A stretch of 64,000 nt of DNA from Clostridia bacterium (GTDB lineage: Bacteria > Bacillota > Clostridia > Christensenellales > Aristaeellaceae). The stretch spans positions 3,966-67,965 of the forward strand of contig JAFZPI010000019.1 of the NCBI GenBank assembly GCA_017552615.1, given 5' to 3'. The position numbers were made by a program, and so were the translations under genes. The notes beneath the pieces were generated by a model. That model was not told the origin of the DNA. It searched no databases and saw nothing but the letters and a program-made list of their open reading frames with translations. Shown here one piece after another: positions 17,571-28,271 of the stretch (its first letter is position 1; each line of letters starts with the position of its first letter).

Positions 17571-19398
17571 ACTGCTTTGGGGCCAACAGTCCAAGATCAT
17601 CCGCTTTCAGCAGGACTTCTGCCCTGTCACGCCCAAGGGCGTTAGCAATCTCCCGCATGGGATGCCCGAAATACCAAGAGTCTCGGAGCTGCTGGATTTC
17701 TTCATAGGTCCAGGAAGAATCATCCTGTTCGCTATCCATATTCATGAGGATTTGAGATTCCGTTGAAACATTTGATTCTTGTGGAATCGAAAGATCGGTT
17801 GATGAAACATGATTTTGAACAGGTTGACCTGTAATCACCGTCAAAAGTTTTATACCAAAGTCTGCAATCTTTCGCCTGCCGAGGCCATATATACTGTCAA
17901 GCTCGTCAAGAGTCCGGGGGCGTTTCTGTGCCATGTCGCGAAGGGTGCGGTCGTGGCAGATGACGTAAGGCGGGACGCCGCGCTCACGGGCGATATCCAT
18001 ACGGCAGGCGCGCAGGCGCTCAAAAAGAGCGGATTCTTCACTTCCGGGGCGAAGGGCGGTGTTTTTTTCAATTTGAGGGAGAATTGTCTGCTCGGCATTG
18101 CCTGCATGGCGAAGTTTTCTCCTGGTGTCTAGGTCGATCTTTTCCATCTGTCCAATGGCGTAGGCTTCCGGATACCGAGGTTCCGTGCAGTGGGAGCAAT
18201 GACCGCACTGTTGGCCTGCTGGCTGGCCGAAATACCGCAGCAGTGCCTGGCGGATGCAACCGGGCTGCTCGCACAGACGGATCATGTCCTGCAGACGGCG
18301 CAGGTCCTGACGGGTGACTTCCTCCTGCTGTGCAGGTGTTAGTTCGGCGTTCGGAGCGCGGTCCAGGATCAAGCGGCGGGCAGTTACTACATCCTGCATG
18401 GAGAACAGGAGCACACAGTCGGCCTCGCTTCCGTCCCGACCGGCACGTCCTGCTTCCTGGTAGTAAGCCTCAACTGATTTGGGCATGTTATAGTGGATCA
18501 CAAAGCCGACATTGCTCTTGTCGATCCCCATGCCGAAAGCGTTGGTGGCGACCATGATCTGTGCGCGGTCGTACTGGAAATCTTCCTGGTTCTGCCTGCG
18601 CTCGTCTTCTTCCAACCCTGCGTGATAGCGCGTGGCGCTCAGGCCCCGGTTCCGGAGCCGGTCGCAGACGGTTTCCACGGTCTTGCGGGTAGCGCAATAG
18701 ACGATCCCGCTCCGTCCCTGCAATTCAGACAAAACGGAATAGAGCACATGCTCCCTGTGCCGCTTGACGGGGATGATTTCATAGTAGAGATTGGGCCGGT
18801 CAAAGCCGGTGATGACCTGTGAGGGGGAATGGAGTCCCAGGAGCCTGACCATGTCATCCCGGACCCGTTGTGTGGCAGTCGCGGTGAACGCGCCGACCGG
18901 AGGCCGTACGGGAAGACTCTCGATAAAGGCCGCGATGCGCAGATAGTTCGGACGGAAATCCTGTCCCCATTGCGAGATACAGTGGGCCTCGTCCACGGCG
19001 ATTAGGCTTATGGGAGAACTCGCCGCAAAACTGCGGAAAGAAGGTGTATCCAGTCTTTCCGGCGCTACATAAATGAGTTTGTACTGGCCTTCACGGGCTC
19101 GCTGCAATGCAAGATTCTGTTGGGATGGTGTCAGTGTCGAGTTGAGAAAAGCGGCGGGGACACCTGCTGCCTTCAGCGCGGCGACCTGGTCCTTCATCAG
19201 GGAGATCAGCGGCGAGATAACAAGCGCCGTGCCCGGGAGCATCAGGGCGGGAACCTGGTAGCAGACGGACTTCCCGCCTCCGGTGGGCATGATGCCGACC
19301 GCATCCCGTCCGGCCAGGAGTGTATCGATCAGCGCTTCCTGCCCTTCCCTGAACGCGTTGTAGCCAAAGGTTGCCTGAAGGACCTCCTCTTTGTTCAT
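17569..19398 (-). CDS. recQ: ATP-dependent DNA helicase RecQ
   Basis: FGYNAFREGQ, MPTGGGKS, DEAHCISQWGHDF-type box (DEAHCISQWGQDF), Zn-finger CGHCSHC and an HRDC-like region. The start is moved to the ATG at 19398, preceded by AAGGAGGTG. Confidence 0.93.
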   Translation of the reverse strand: MNKEEVLQATFGYNAFREGQEALIDTLLAGRDAVGIMPTGGGKSVCYQVPALMLPGTALVISPLISLMKDQVAALKAAGVPAAFLNSTLTPSQQNLALQRAREGQYKLIYVAPERLDTPSFRSFAASSPISLIAVDEAHCISQWGQDFRPNYLRIAAFIESLPVRPPVGAFTATATQRVRDDMVRLLGLHSPSQVITGFDRPNLYYEIIPVKRHREHVLYSVLSELQGRSGIVYCATRKTVETVCDRLRNRGLSATRYHAGLEEDERRQNQEDFQYDRAQIMVATNAFGMGIDKSNVGFVIHYNMPKSVEAYYQEAGRAGRDGSEADCVLLFSMQDVVTARRLILDRAPNAELTPAQQEEVTRQDLRRLQDMIRLCEQPGCIRQALLRYFGQPAGQQCGHCSHCTEPRYPEAYAIGQMEKIDLDTRRKLRHAGNAEQTILPQIEKNTALRPGSEESALFERLRACRMDIARERGVPPYVICHDRTLRDMAQKRPRTLDELDSIYGLGRRKIADFGIKLLTVITGQPVQNHVSSTDLSIPQESNVSTESQILMNMDSEQDDSSWTYEEIQQLRDSWYFGHPMREIANALGRDRAEVLLKADDLGLLAPKQ

Positions 19399-19585
19399 CC
19401 GCCGCACCTCCTTTCCCTGATGATAGCATAAAGAAAGAGATTCGGAAAGCGTTTTTCTCGCCTTTCGCAATCTTCACAAAATGGTCATATATGAAACAAA
19501 CGGCTGTCAGAATGATCGGCGAAAATGAGAATGACCAAAGGAAATCCCGCTTCAGAGCCGAAGCATACAAACGGAGGGATCAATT

Positions 19586-21358
19586 ATGAAGACGAATTCT
19601 CGGAACCGGAAGGCACGACTGAACAGAATGGCGGCTGTTGTGACCTTGGCAATGGCCGCTATGTTCGGGTTCACACTGATCGGTTCCCATTTCACTGCGA
19701 TCGCAGAAGGAACCGGAATCGCGGAAACCCTGTCCGGAAACAGTTGGGATATTCCTTCTCTGTATAAGGACAAGGACGTGGACAGCACTTGGAACGAAAA
19801 AAAAGTCACTGTCGTTACGCTTTCTGAAAGCGGTGTGGAGTTTGATTCGGATAACGTGAGCCTGTCCGGCTCCACTCTGACAATCTCAAAAAAGGGCGAC
19901 TATCTTCTCAGCGGAACATGGACCGGCCAAATCGTGGTCGACGAGCCGGAGGATGGCCGTGTGCGCTTGATCCTGAACGGCGTCACGCTGATAAGCGAAG
20001 AAGGCCCTGCCATCTACAGTATGTCGGATGGCAAACTGGTTTTGACCCTTGCGGATGGCACGGTGAATACCATCTCTGACAAGAAGGAATCGACAGTCAT
20101 TGATGAGGAAGGCAAACAGGATACTCTGGCGGCTGTCATTTGGGCGGAGAACGATATCTCCATCAACGGGAGCGGAAGACTGATCGTGAACGCGAATGCC
20201 AAGCATGGCATTCAATGCAAGTCGGACCTGATCATCGCCGGCGGTATCATCACAATCACAAGTGCCGGGGACGGCGTTCGGGGCCGCAATTCGGTTCTTA
20301 TCCTTGACGGTGACATCACGGTCAATGCCCAAGGCGATGGAATCAGTTCGACCCGCTCCAACAAAGAGGACAAGGGCTATGTGATCATCGCGGGCGGGTC
20401 GGTCACGGTCACCACCGCGGACGGGGCGGGCGAATCCCAGTCTGAAGCGGGCGTCAACCGCTTCGGCACAGGGCATAACGGCTGGGGCGACTGGGGAACC
20501 GCGCAGGCGGACGGAACGGTCTCCACCAAGGGCATCAAAGCGGTTACGGATCTTGTGATTCTGGGCGGGACCCTGAACCTGGACTGCGCGGATGACGGCC
20601 TGCATGCAAACAATGTCACCGTGAACGGCGGCGACCTCACCATTGCCAGCGGCGATGACGGCATTCATGCGGACGACACGCTGACCATTGCAGGGGGAAC
20701 GGTGAACATCACCCAATCCTATGAAGGCCTGGAGGCCTGCTGGATCCTTATCACCGGCGGCAATACCGATGTTATGGCATCCGACGACGGCCTGAACGCC
20801 ACAGAAGGCAAAACCACAGGGAACAATTTCAACGAGTTTGCGGCACAGAACGCAGGTGTCACGGTTTCCGGAGGAACGCTGAATGTGAACTCGGGCGGCG
20901 ACGGACTTGACTCCAACGGTGCCATCCTGATCGCCGGCGGTGTGGTTACTGTTTCCGGCCCAACCTCGAATTACGACGCGGCTGTGGACTTCAACGGCAC
21001 GTGCCGGGTGACTGGCGGGACGCTGGTCGCGGTTGGATCGAGCGGAATGCTGGAAAACCTGAACAGCGTAGCCAACCAGGCAGCGTTGGTCATGAAGGTC
21101 GGGAGTTTCTCCGCCGGGAGTGTCGTAGAACTCTATGACAGCGAAGACAATCTGCTCCTGTCCTTCAAACCGGCAAAAGCCTACAGTTCGATCATCATCA
21201 CCACCCCGGACATGCAGGTGGATAACGCTTATACAGTCAAGGCGGGCGGAAGTACGGCATTCAGCGGTACATTGTCGTCTCCCATTACGACATCCGGCAA
21301 TGTTACAAACTTCAACAACCCCAGCGGCGGCAGCGGCGGCGGCCCCGGCGGAAGATAA
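19586..21358 (+). CDS. secreted beta-helix protein, Cthe_2159-like carbohydrate-binding family
   Basis: N-terminal TM/signal sequence. Then ITLSGS..TISKKGDYLLSGTWTGQIVVD...VRLILNGVTL and many GDGI/DDGL..N turns typical of this family. Gly-rich tail. Confidence 0.6.
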   Translation: MKTNSRNRKARLNRMAAVVTLAMAAMFGFTLIGSHFTAIAEGTGIAETLSGNSWDIPSLYKDKDVDSTWNEKKVTVVTLSESGVEFDSDNVSLSGSTLTISKKGDYLLSGTWTGQIVVDEPEDGRVRLILNGVTLISEEGPAIYSMSDGKLVLTLADGTVNTISDKKESTVIDEEGKQDTLAAVIWAENDISINGSGRLIVNANAKHGIQCKSDLIIAGGIITITSAGDGVRGRNSVLILDGDITVNAQGDGISSTRSNKEDKGYVIIAGGSVTVTTADGAGESQSEAGVNRFGTGHNGWGDWGTAQADGTVSTKGIKAVTDLVILGGTLNLDCADDGLHANNVTVNGGDLTIASGDDGIHADDTLTIAGGTVNITQSYEGLEACWILITGGNTDVMASDDGLNATEGKTTGNNFNEFAAQNAGVTVSGGTLNVNSGGDGLDSNGAILIAGGVVTVSGPTSNYDAAVDFNGTCRVTGGTLVAVGSSGMLENLNSVANQAALVMKVGSFSAGSVVELYDSEDNLLLSFKPAKAYSSIIITTPDMQVDNAYTVKAGGSTAFSGTLSSPITTSGNVTNFNNPSGGSGGGPGGR

Positions 21359-21386
21359 CGACACCCGTCAGCCAGATAAAGATCGA

Positions 21387-21414
21387 CCCTCCGGCGAGAA
21401 AACCGGAGGGTTTT
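21387..21414 (+). terminator. rho-independent terminator
   Basis: CCCTCCGG cgagaaaa CCGGAGGG followed by TTTT. Confidence 0.8.
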
Positions 21415-21435
21415 GGAATGAGTATTTGCGGAAGA

Positions 21436-22662
21436 TCAGTCGTAATCCGCATAGGCCTTGGGGTCTGCGTTATACTCACCAAGAACAATGGGAGCATTGA
21501 AGTGTTCCGACCAGCGGCGATAAGTTTCGAATTCGCGGCGGAGCATGGCACCGTGGGCAGCCTCGTCCCAACGGGCGGTCATCCTGGTCCAGGTAGCGGT
21601 GGTCCAGGTGAAAGCCTGGGGGTCATAGTTGTGGACGGTGATCAGCAAATGGTGAACCGCTGTGTCTTCCGGCAGGACGAAACTGCTGAAGTTGCCGTCT
21701 GCGCCGCCACCGGAATAGGTCATCACGATCAGGTTCCGCAGGGCGTTGTTTCCGCCTGTGGTGCGAACCGTGCTGACGAAGAGCTGGTTCCAGGCGTTGA
21801 TCCAGCGTGAGGCGTCGGCGGTCGGCGTGTTCCAACTGTTGTTCCCGTCCAGCACCTCGTTCATGCTCTCAAAGAGCAGTCGCTCGTCGTAATCCGCGAA
21901 GGTCTCCGCAATCTGTGTCCACACGGACGAAAAACGTTCTCCGTAGGTGTTGTAGGAATCCTCAGTGGCCTCGATCCAGCCGTCTGCCCCGCCGTCGTGG
22001 TGGAGGTTCAGGATGCAATAGATACCCTGTTCATAGAAGAGGTCCACGACTTCCTTCACCCGGGCCATCCAGCGCGGGTCTATGTTGTTGTCCTTGTCCA
22101 GGTGCTCAGCCCAGGTCACCGGGATTCGGATAGTGTTGAAGCCCAGGCCGACAATGTATTCCGCAATGGCCTGTGTGGTTTCCGGCTGGCCCCAGGCGGT
22201 CTCCCAAGCGCGGGGGAGGAGATTGCCGTCCGCATCCTTTGTGCCCCAGAGCACGATCCACCCCAGTTGACCGGTCGCGACATTGGCAATATTGAAGCTC
22301 GTGGAATCCAGGGTGTTGCCCAAATTGAACCCGGGCCCAAAGTTTGCTGCTGCCTCAAAAGCAGTCTCTTCCTCGAAAAGAGCATTGTCACCGCCGTTCC
22401 CGATCATATTTCGTTCCGGATAACAGCCCATGATGGCGTCGATATACTGCGGATAATTCACGCTGAGCTTGCCCCGGTTCACATGGACACTACAGTCCCA
22501 AAGGATCGCCGGTACGCCAAACTCCACTGCAAGTCCATTGACACAGGCGGCATAAGCAGCCATGTCGGGTTCATTGATAGCGGGTTCTTCTGCTGTGGCG
22601 GGCAGGCAACCCAGCAGGAAAAGTGAGCAGAGAACGAGGGATAGGATACGCTTGATGGCCAT
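21436..22662 (-). CDS. GH5 family glycoside hydrolase (cellulase/mannanase-like) lipoprotein
   Basis: GFNTIRIPVTW, acid/base ESMNEV, nucleophile region VLGEYNA. The start is moved to the ATG at 22662 (MAIKRILSLVLCSLFLLGC lipobox, AAGGAG upstream). Confidence 0.85.
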   Translation of the reverse strand: MAIKRILSLVLCSLFLLGCLPATAEEPAINEPDMAAYAACVNGLAVEFGVPAILWDCSVHVNRGKLSVNYPQYIDAIMGCYPERNMIGNGGDNALFEEETAFEAAANFGPGFNLGNTLDSTSFNIANVATGQLGWIVLWGTKDADGNLLPRAWETAWGQPETTQAIAEYIVGLGFNTIRIPVTWAEHLDKDNNIDPRWMARVKEVVDLFYEQGIYCILNLHHDGGADGWIEATEDSYNTYGERFSSVWTQIAETFADYDERLLFESMNEVLDGNNSWNTPTADASRWINAWNQLFVSTVRTTGGNNALRNLIVMTYSGGGADGNFSSFVLPEDTAVHHLLITVHNYDPQAFTWTTATWTRMTARWDEAAHGAMLRREFETYRRWSEHFNAPIVLGEYNADPKAYADYD

Positions 22663-22798
22663 AGAGTTTACTCCTTTCAGAAAGCGAATCGTTTGGTTAT
22701 GCAAAGGGCAAAAGATCTCGGGCTCTGACCTTGATGGGTTTGCCGGATTCATCATTGACGATTACCAGGATATCCGGACAGTGCAAATAACTGAGAAA

Positions 22799-25700
22799 TC
22801 AGAACATACTAATCTGGCTCGTTTCACTCAGCCCCTGCAGCGATCCGTGTGCCTGCAGCAAGTCCGTGATGCCTGCGCCAATGTGAGCACGTTGCTGGAG
22901 GTCTTCGATGGAAATAAAGGGGCCCTGTTTTCTCGCTTCCACGATGGGGATTGCGGCGGCTTCGCCGAGGCCGGGGAGGGATGTGAAGGGGCAGCGGAGA
23001 TTACCGTCTTCAATGAGAAACTTCTTCACGTCGCTCTTGTAGAGGTCCACAGGAAGGAACTTGAGACCGCGCATGTTCATTTCCAGGACCAACTCAAGAG
23101 CTGTAACTTGCTCTTTCTCTCTTGCACTGGCTTTGGTGTCCGCATCGCGGATGGAGCGGATACGCTCGCGGCAGGTTCCGGGGTCGATAAGCATCGTCGA
23201 AGCATCGAAGCCGTCGCCGCGAACCGTGAAGTAGGCTGCATAGTAAGCCAAAGGCAGGTGCAGCTTGAACCAGGCGACGCGAAGCGCCATGGTGACATAG
23301 GCTACGGCGTGGCCTTTCGGGAACATGTATTTGATCTTCTTGCAGGAGTCGATAAACCATTCCGGGACGTTCTTCTCCCGCATGGCCTGCTCCATTTCGG
23401 GCTTGAGGCCACGGCCCTTGCGGACACTTTCCATCGTGTTGAAAGCAATCTTTGGAGTTACACCCTGGGCGATGAGGGCGTTCATGATGTCATCGCGGCA
23501 GCAGACGCATTCCGAAAGGGTTGCCGTGCCGGAGGTAATCAGCTCTTGGGCATTTCCAAGCCACACGTCGGTGCCGTGGCTGAGGCCGGAGATTCGTAGG
23601 AGCTCCTCCATGGTGGAGGGATGGGTGTCATCCAGCATGCCGCGGACAAAGCCGGTGCCCATTTCCGGGACACCGTATGTTCCGGTGGAGCATAGGATGT
23701 CGCTTTCCGTCACGCCCAGCGCTGCGGGGGAGGACCAGAGGCTCCGCACACCCCAGTCATCCAGGGGAACGTCTCGGAAGTTGATGCCGGTCAGTTCCTC
23801 GAGCATATGCAGCATGGTCGGGTCGTCGTGGCCGAGGCAGTCCAGCTTCACGAGGATATCGTGCATGGAGTTGAAATCGTAGTGCGTGGTCGTGAAGTCG
23901 CTCGTCAGGTCGTCAGCGGGGTGCTGCACGGCGGTAAACTGGTTGATATCGTATTCTTTGGGCACGACTACCATGCCGCCGGGATGCTGGCCCGTGGTGC
24001 GCTTGACGCCAACGCAGCCCGCCGCCAGACGGTCTTTTTCCGTGTTGCCCGCCTGGATGCCGCGCTCTTCGAGGTACTTGCTGACATAGCCGTAGGCTGT
24101 TTTGTCCGCCAGGCCGGAGATCGTTCCCGCGCGGAAAACATGATCCCTGCCGAACAGTTCTTCGACATAGTGGTGGGCGCGGTTTTGCTCCTCACCGGAG
24201 AAGTTCAGGTCGATGTCCGGCACCTTGTCGCCCTCGAAACCGAGGAAAACCTCGAAAGGAATGTCAAAGCCGTCCTTGGTCAGCTTTCGCCCGCAGATGG
24301 GGCAGTCGCGGTCCGGCAGGTCCATCCCGACGTGGTATTTCTTGGTATCCACGTCGAAGAAGCCGCGGTGGCACCAGATGCACCGGTAGTGCGGCGGCAG
24401 GGCGTTGACCTCGGTGATGCCGCACATCCGTGCTACGAGGGACGAACCGACCGAGCCACGGCTGCCTACAAGATAGCCATCTTCCAATGACTTGGCCACA
24501 AGGCGTTCGGCGATGTTATAGAGTGTGCAGTAACCGTATCCGACAATGGATTTTAGTTCTTTGTCGAGGCGCTTCTGGACGATCTCAGGGAGGGGATCGC
24601 CGTACAGCTCGCGCGCGGTGGTCCTCGTCATGCGGAGGATGTTCTCTTCCGCGTCATCCCACTTTGGTTGGAAGGTGTCTTTTCCTTCCGGGTGCTTCGG
24701 AAAAAGACGGAGAGGCTCGACCATATCAGCTATTTTCCGTGGATTTTCGATGACGACTTCGCGGCATTTCTCAGGGCCGAGATAGGCGAACTCTGCCAGC
24801 ATTTCATCCGTTGTTTTGAAGTACAGGGGAGGCTGCAGGTTGCAGTCGTCATAGCCCATTCCCGCCTGGATGATGGCGCGGTTGATGGCATTGTGAGGGT
24901 CAAGGAAGTGCACGTCTCCGGTGGCGACAACCGGCTTGCCGAGTTTTTCGCCGAGGCGGACGATCGTCCGGTTGTACTCCCGTAGTTCTTCCTCGTCCTT
25001 TGCGTCCCCGTTTCGGATCAGGAAGGCATTGTTGCCAATGGGCTGAATTTCCAGATAATCATAGAACGACGCGATCTTCGCCAGTGTCTCTTCGGATTCC
25101 CCGCGTACCACAGCCCGGAAGAGTTCGCCGGCCTCGCAGGCACTGCCGAGGATCAGGCCTTCGCGATACTTCTCGATCAGGAAGCGCGGCATGTGGGGAC
25201 GGCGGCGGAAATAATCCAGGTTGGAGGCGGAGACCAGACGGTTCAGGTTGACCAGGCCGTCCTGGCTTCTAGCCAGGAGAATGATGTGCCAACTCTCGCC
25301 GATGGCTCCGCCGCGGAGGCCGCGATTAAGATCGGTGAGGGTGTGCAGTCCGTCAGCCCTGACTGCCTCAAACATCTTCGCCAGGCAAAGGGCTGTGGCG
25401 GTGGCGTCGTGAACGGCACGGTGGGCGTTCTTCAGGGAGACACCGAGCTGCTTGCAAAGGCTGCCCAGTTTGTGGGACTTCATCTCGGGATAGAGCTTGC
25501 GGGCCATGGTGAGGGTATCCAGCACCGGCGCGTCAAAAGAACGGCCAAGGCGCTGAAGTTCGCTGTGAAGGACCGCACCGTCAAAGGCCGCGTTGTGTGC
25601 GGCGATCGGTGCGTCGCCGATAAAGTCCATCAGTTTCGGGATGGCGGTTTCGGCGCTCTCCGCATCGGCCAGCATGGCGTCAGAGATGTGGGTGATTTCG

Positions 25701-27196
25701 GTGATCCGGGCCGGGAGGGGCATGTGCGGGTTGACCAGTAACGAAAGGCTGTCCTCGACGGTGCCGTTCTTCAGGCGCACAGCGCCGATCTCAATGACCC
25801 GGCAAGTGCGGGTGTTCAGGCCTGTTGTCTCAAAGTCAAGGACAATGATGGCTTCTTCCAGCCGCCTGTCATTGGCATTTTCAACGATAACCCGCTCGTC
25901 GATCATATAGCCTTCGCAGCCGGGGATCAGTTTGATATTGTTCTGCTTTGCCGCTTTGAAGGCGGCGGGGAAGGCCTGAAGCACGCCGTGGTCGGTGATG
26001 GCGACGGCGGGGTGTCCCCATCTCGCGGCTCGCGCGACCAAATCCTCGGCGGGTGTCAGGGCGTCCATGGCGGACATGTTGGAGTGCATGTGCAGCTCGA
26101 CCCGCTTCTCGGTGGCTTTGTCCTCCCGCTCGATCTTCACCATTGGCATCATGTCGCGAACTGTCACGCACAGTTCCCGGGCGAAGCTGTCAAAGGCGCA
26201 CTCGCCCCGGATCTTGACGTTCATGCCGACTTTGATCCGGGCAACCTTGTCCTGTACGGCTTTGCGTTCTTCTTCGGTGATGGGGGCGGGAGCGGTATCT
26301 TCTTTTTCTCCTCTGCGGCCGAAGGAACGGCGATAGCGCAGGAATACCTTGCACAGAACAGAAGATGTATAGTCGGTAACAGCGAAAGAAAGGAGCAAGG
26401 TTTCGCCGCCCCGGAGCTCTTTGGTTTCCAGTTTGAAGATATCCCCCTGGATGACCACGACGCCGGCATCCTCGGTGAGTTCTTTCATTTCCATGGGTGC
26501 GTCCGCGATGCTCCGACCGAGGATCGGCTTTCCGTCCGCGTCGTCGCTCATGTCCGGCATCAGGGGATTGTCAGACTTGCGGACCTTGGGTGCTTTGGGT
26601 GCCTTCGGCTTCTTTGCCGCCTCTTCGGCCTCCTGTGCCTGTAAGGCTTTCAGATCGACGGTTTCCGTGAGAACTCTGGTATTCTCGGCACGCAGGGCTT
26701 CCATGCGGCGTTCCTGGTCTCCGGCGATGGCCAGCTCCACCCGGAGATCCACATCAAAGATGTCAAGGATGGCCTGATGGAGACGGGCTGCCACGTTCTG
26801 CCGTGCCATGTAGCCCATGGAGAAGGCGTCCGGGAAGGTCAGGGTCACGCGGCCTTTTTCGCAGCGCCAGCCGATCTCATTTCGCCAAGCAGCGGAGGCC
26901 GGATAATTGCGGCACAGAAAATCGGTCAGCACCTGCTGGTAGCGGTCGATGTGCTCCTGGAAATCATCCTTCAGTCCCGGGCTGACCACTCGCAGGGCCA
27001 GCGGATGGGTGGGGAAGGCTTCGCGAAGGATCTGTTCCATGCGGAGAAAAGTCTTCTCCTCCACGAGGGTCATGGAATGAAAGGTGATGTACATCTTGTT
27101 CCGCGCACGCACATAAACAACCCGCGGCGGCGCCAGCTGTCCGCGCAGGTGCGGGAATTCCGCATAGATGCGGTTCATCAAGTCTTCGTAACTCAT
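22799..27196 (-). CDS. polC: DNA polymerase III PolC-type alpha subunit
   Basis: 1465 aa. PHP domain (VELHMHSNMSAMDA), embedded DEDD exonuclease (VLDFETTGL...AHNAAFD) and polymerase core. Architecture typical of Firmicutes PolC. Confidence 0.95.
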   Translation of the reverse strand: MSYEDLMNRIYAEFPHLRGQLAPPRVVYVRARNKMYITFHSMTLVEEKTFLRMEQILREAFPTHPLALRVVSPGLKDDFQEHIDRYQQVLTDFLCRNYPASAAWRNEIGWRCEKGRVTLTFPDAFSMGYMARQNVAARLHQAILDIFDVDLRVELAIAGDQERRMEALRAENTRVLTETVDLKALQAQEAEEAAKKPKAPKAPKVRKSDNPLMPDMSDDADGKPILGRSIADAPMEMKELTEDAGVVVIQGDIFKLETKELRGGETLLLSFAVTDYTSSVLCKVFLRYRRSFGRRGEKEDTAPAPITEEERKAVQDKVARIKVGMNVKIRGECAFDSFARELCVTVRDMMPMVKIEREDKATEKRVELHMHSNMSAMDALTPAEDLVARAARWGHPAVAITDHGVLQAFPAAFKAAKQNNIKLIPGCEGYMIDERVIVENANDRRLEEAIIVLDFETTGLNTRTCRVIEIGAVRLKNGTVEDSLSLLVNPHMPLPARITEITHISDAMLADAESAETAIPKLMDFIGDAPIAAHNAAFDGAVLHSELQRLGRSFDAPVLDTLTMARKLYPEMKSHKLGSLCKQLGVSLKNAHRAVHDATATALCLAKMFEAVRADGLHTLTDLNRGLRGGAIGESWHIILLARSQDGLVNLNRLVSASNLDYFRRRPHMPRFLIEKYREGLILGSACEAGELFRAVVRGESEETLAKIASFYDYLEIQPIGNNAFLIRNGDAKDEEELREYNRTIVRLGEKLGKPVVATGDVHFLDPHNAINRAIIQAGMGYDDCNLQPPLYFKTTDEMLAEFAYLGPEKCREVVIENPRKIADMVEPLRLFPKHPEGKDTFQPKWDDAEENILRMTRTTARELYGDPLPEIVQKRLDKELKSIVGYGYCTLYNIAERLVAKSLEDGYLVGSRGSVGSSLVARMCGITEVNALPPHYRCIWCHRGFFDVDTKKYHVGMDLPDRDCPICGRKLTKDGFDIPFEVFLGFEGDKVPDIDLNFSGEEQNRAHHYVEELFGRDHVFRAGTISGLADKTAYGYVSKYLEERGIQAGNTEKDRLAAGCVGVKRTTGQHPGGMVVVPKEYDINQFTAVQHPADDLTSDFTTTHYDFNSMHDILVKLDCLGHDDPTMLHMLEELTGINFRDVPLDDWGVRSLWSSPAALGVTESDILCSTGTYGVPEMGTGFVRGMLDDTHPSTMEELLRISGLSHGTDVWLGNAQELITSGTATLSECVCCRDDIMNALIAQGVTPKIAFNTMESVRKGRGLKPEMEQAMREKNVPEWFIDSCKKIKYMFPKGHAVAYVTMALRVAWFKLHLPLAYYAAYFTVRGDGFDASTMLIDPGTCRERIRSIRDADTKASAREKEQVTALELVLEMNMRGLKFLPVDLYKSDVKKFLIEDGNLRCPFTSLPGLGEAAAIPIVEARKQGPFISIEDLQQRAHIGAGITDLLQAHGSLQGLSETSQISMF

Positions 27197-27220
27197 GATT
27201 TCTGCTTTCGGTTCAGGATT

Positions 27221-28216
27221 TTATCTTTGGAGCAGGGAGTCCAATTCAGCTTCGTACTTTTCGATATAGGCTCCGACAACCGGGGCGGCGAGTACTGTTC
27301 CATCCCTACCAATGAAAAGCGTGGTCGGCACCGCTTCCAATCGGATGAATTCGTTCAGGGTATCCGGTGCCAGAAAGACGGGATAGGTAACGCCATTGTC
27401 TGCAATCAGTTGTCGGGCGGTATCCAGATCGTCATCCGCGAGCATGCCGACAATGCTGCATCCTTTCTCCAGCAGTCGGGTGTAGAGTTCCTGCAGCTCC
27501 GGGAGTTCTCCAATACACGGGCCGCACCATGAGGTCCAGATGTTAAGCACAGTGATCTCGCTTTGCGCGAACAGGTCGGTAGAAGTGATTGGATTTCCGT
27601 CCAAGTCTGTAGTGGTGAACTCGAATTTGGAACCGATCAGGCCAGCATAGGGATCCGGTTTTTCTGTCGGCTCAAAGATCGTGAACGCGGCGGCCACATC
27701 ATCCGCGGCGCTTGCGAGGGCGGTATACTCATCCCTGTAAACCGGATCGATCACATCGATAAAATCCTGGTTTGGGCCTTCCGTGTACAGGCAAAAGGTA
27801 TAGTCGCCGACTGTGCCGATTTCGTGGACATATTCTGTCGGGATGGCATTTCCGTTCAGAGCATTGAAACTCCGGAAGGTCATTCCGTTCCCGATGATGA
27901 GAACGAAGAAGAGGGGACAGACCCGGTACTCCGCCGGGGCATCGGGATTGTGATCGTTGAGCCACGCGTCACGCTCTTCTTCCGTCATGGCATAGTAGGT
28001 CCAGTAAGCGTAATAGACCCTGTCAAGAATCTCAGTGACGCCATCCATGACAACGATTCCTGTTGTGTTCCGGAAAAGTTCCGGTGGGACAAAGCGGAAG
28101 CCTGCGTACGGGATTTCAACGGCGCCGGGGATACTATCCGACTCATCGGCGAAGGAGACAGCGAGGACAGATAGGCTCAGAATGATGGTAAGAAACAAAC
28201 AGAATGCTTTTTTCAT
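27221..28216 (-). CDS. secreted TlpA-like thiol-disulfide oxidoreductase with N-terminal unknown domain
   Basis: C-terminal thioredoxin fold with WTSWCGPCIGELPEL (CxxC). The start is moved to the ATG at 28216 (MKKAFCLFLTIILSLSVLAVSFA, AAGGAG upstream). Confidence 0.8.
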   Translation of the reverse strand: MKKAFCLFLTIILSLSVLAVSFADESDSIPGAVEIPYAGFRFVPPELFRNTTGIVVMDGVTEILDRVYYAYWTYYAMTEEERDAWLNDHNPDAPAEYRVCPLFFVLIIGNGMTFRSFNALNGNAIPTEYVHEIGTVGDYTFCLYTEGPNQDFIDVIDPVYRDEYTALASAADDVAAAFTIFEPTEKPDPYAGLIGSKFEFTTTDLDGNPITSTDLFAQSEITVLNIWTSWCGPCIGELPELQELYTRLLEKGCSIVGMLADDDLDTARQLIADNGVTYPVFLAPDTLNEFIRLEAVPTTLFIGRDGTVLAAPVVGAYIEKYEAELDSLLQR

Positions 28217-28271
28217 TACGAGTTTACTCCTTAGAAGATATGTGAAAAAGCATATGGATATTTCCGTTCGT

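Noticed and set aside
19886-21364. 492-aa ORF antisense to the beta-helix protein gene
   Set aside because: It is a shadow ORF of a GC-rich gene, with Arg/Ala/Gly-rich low-complexity translation and no recognisable motifs.
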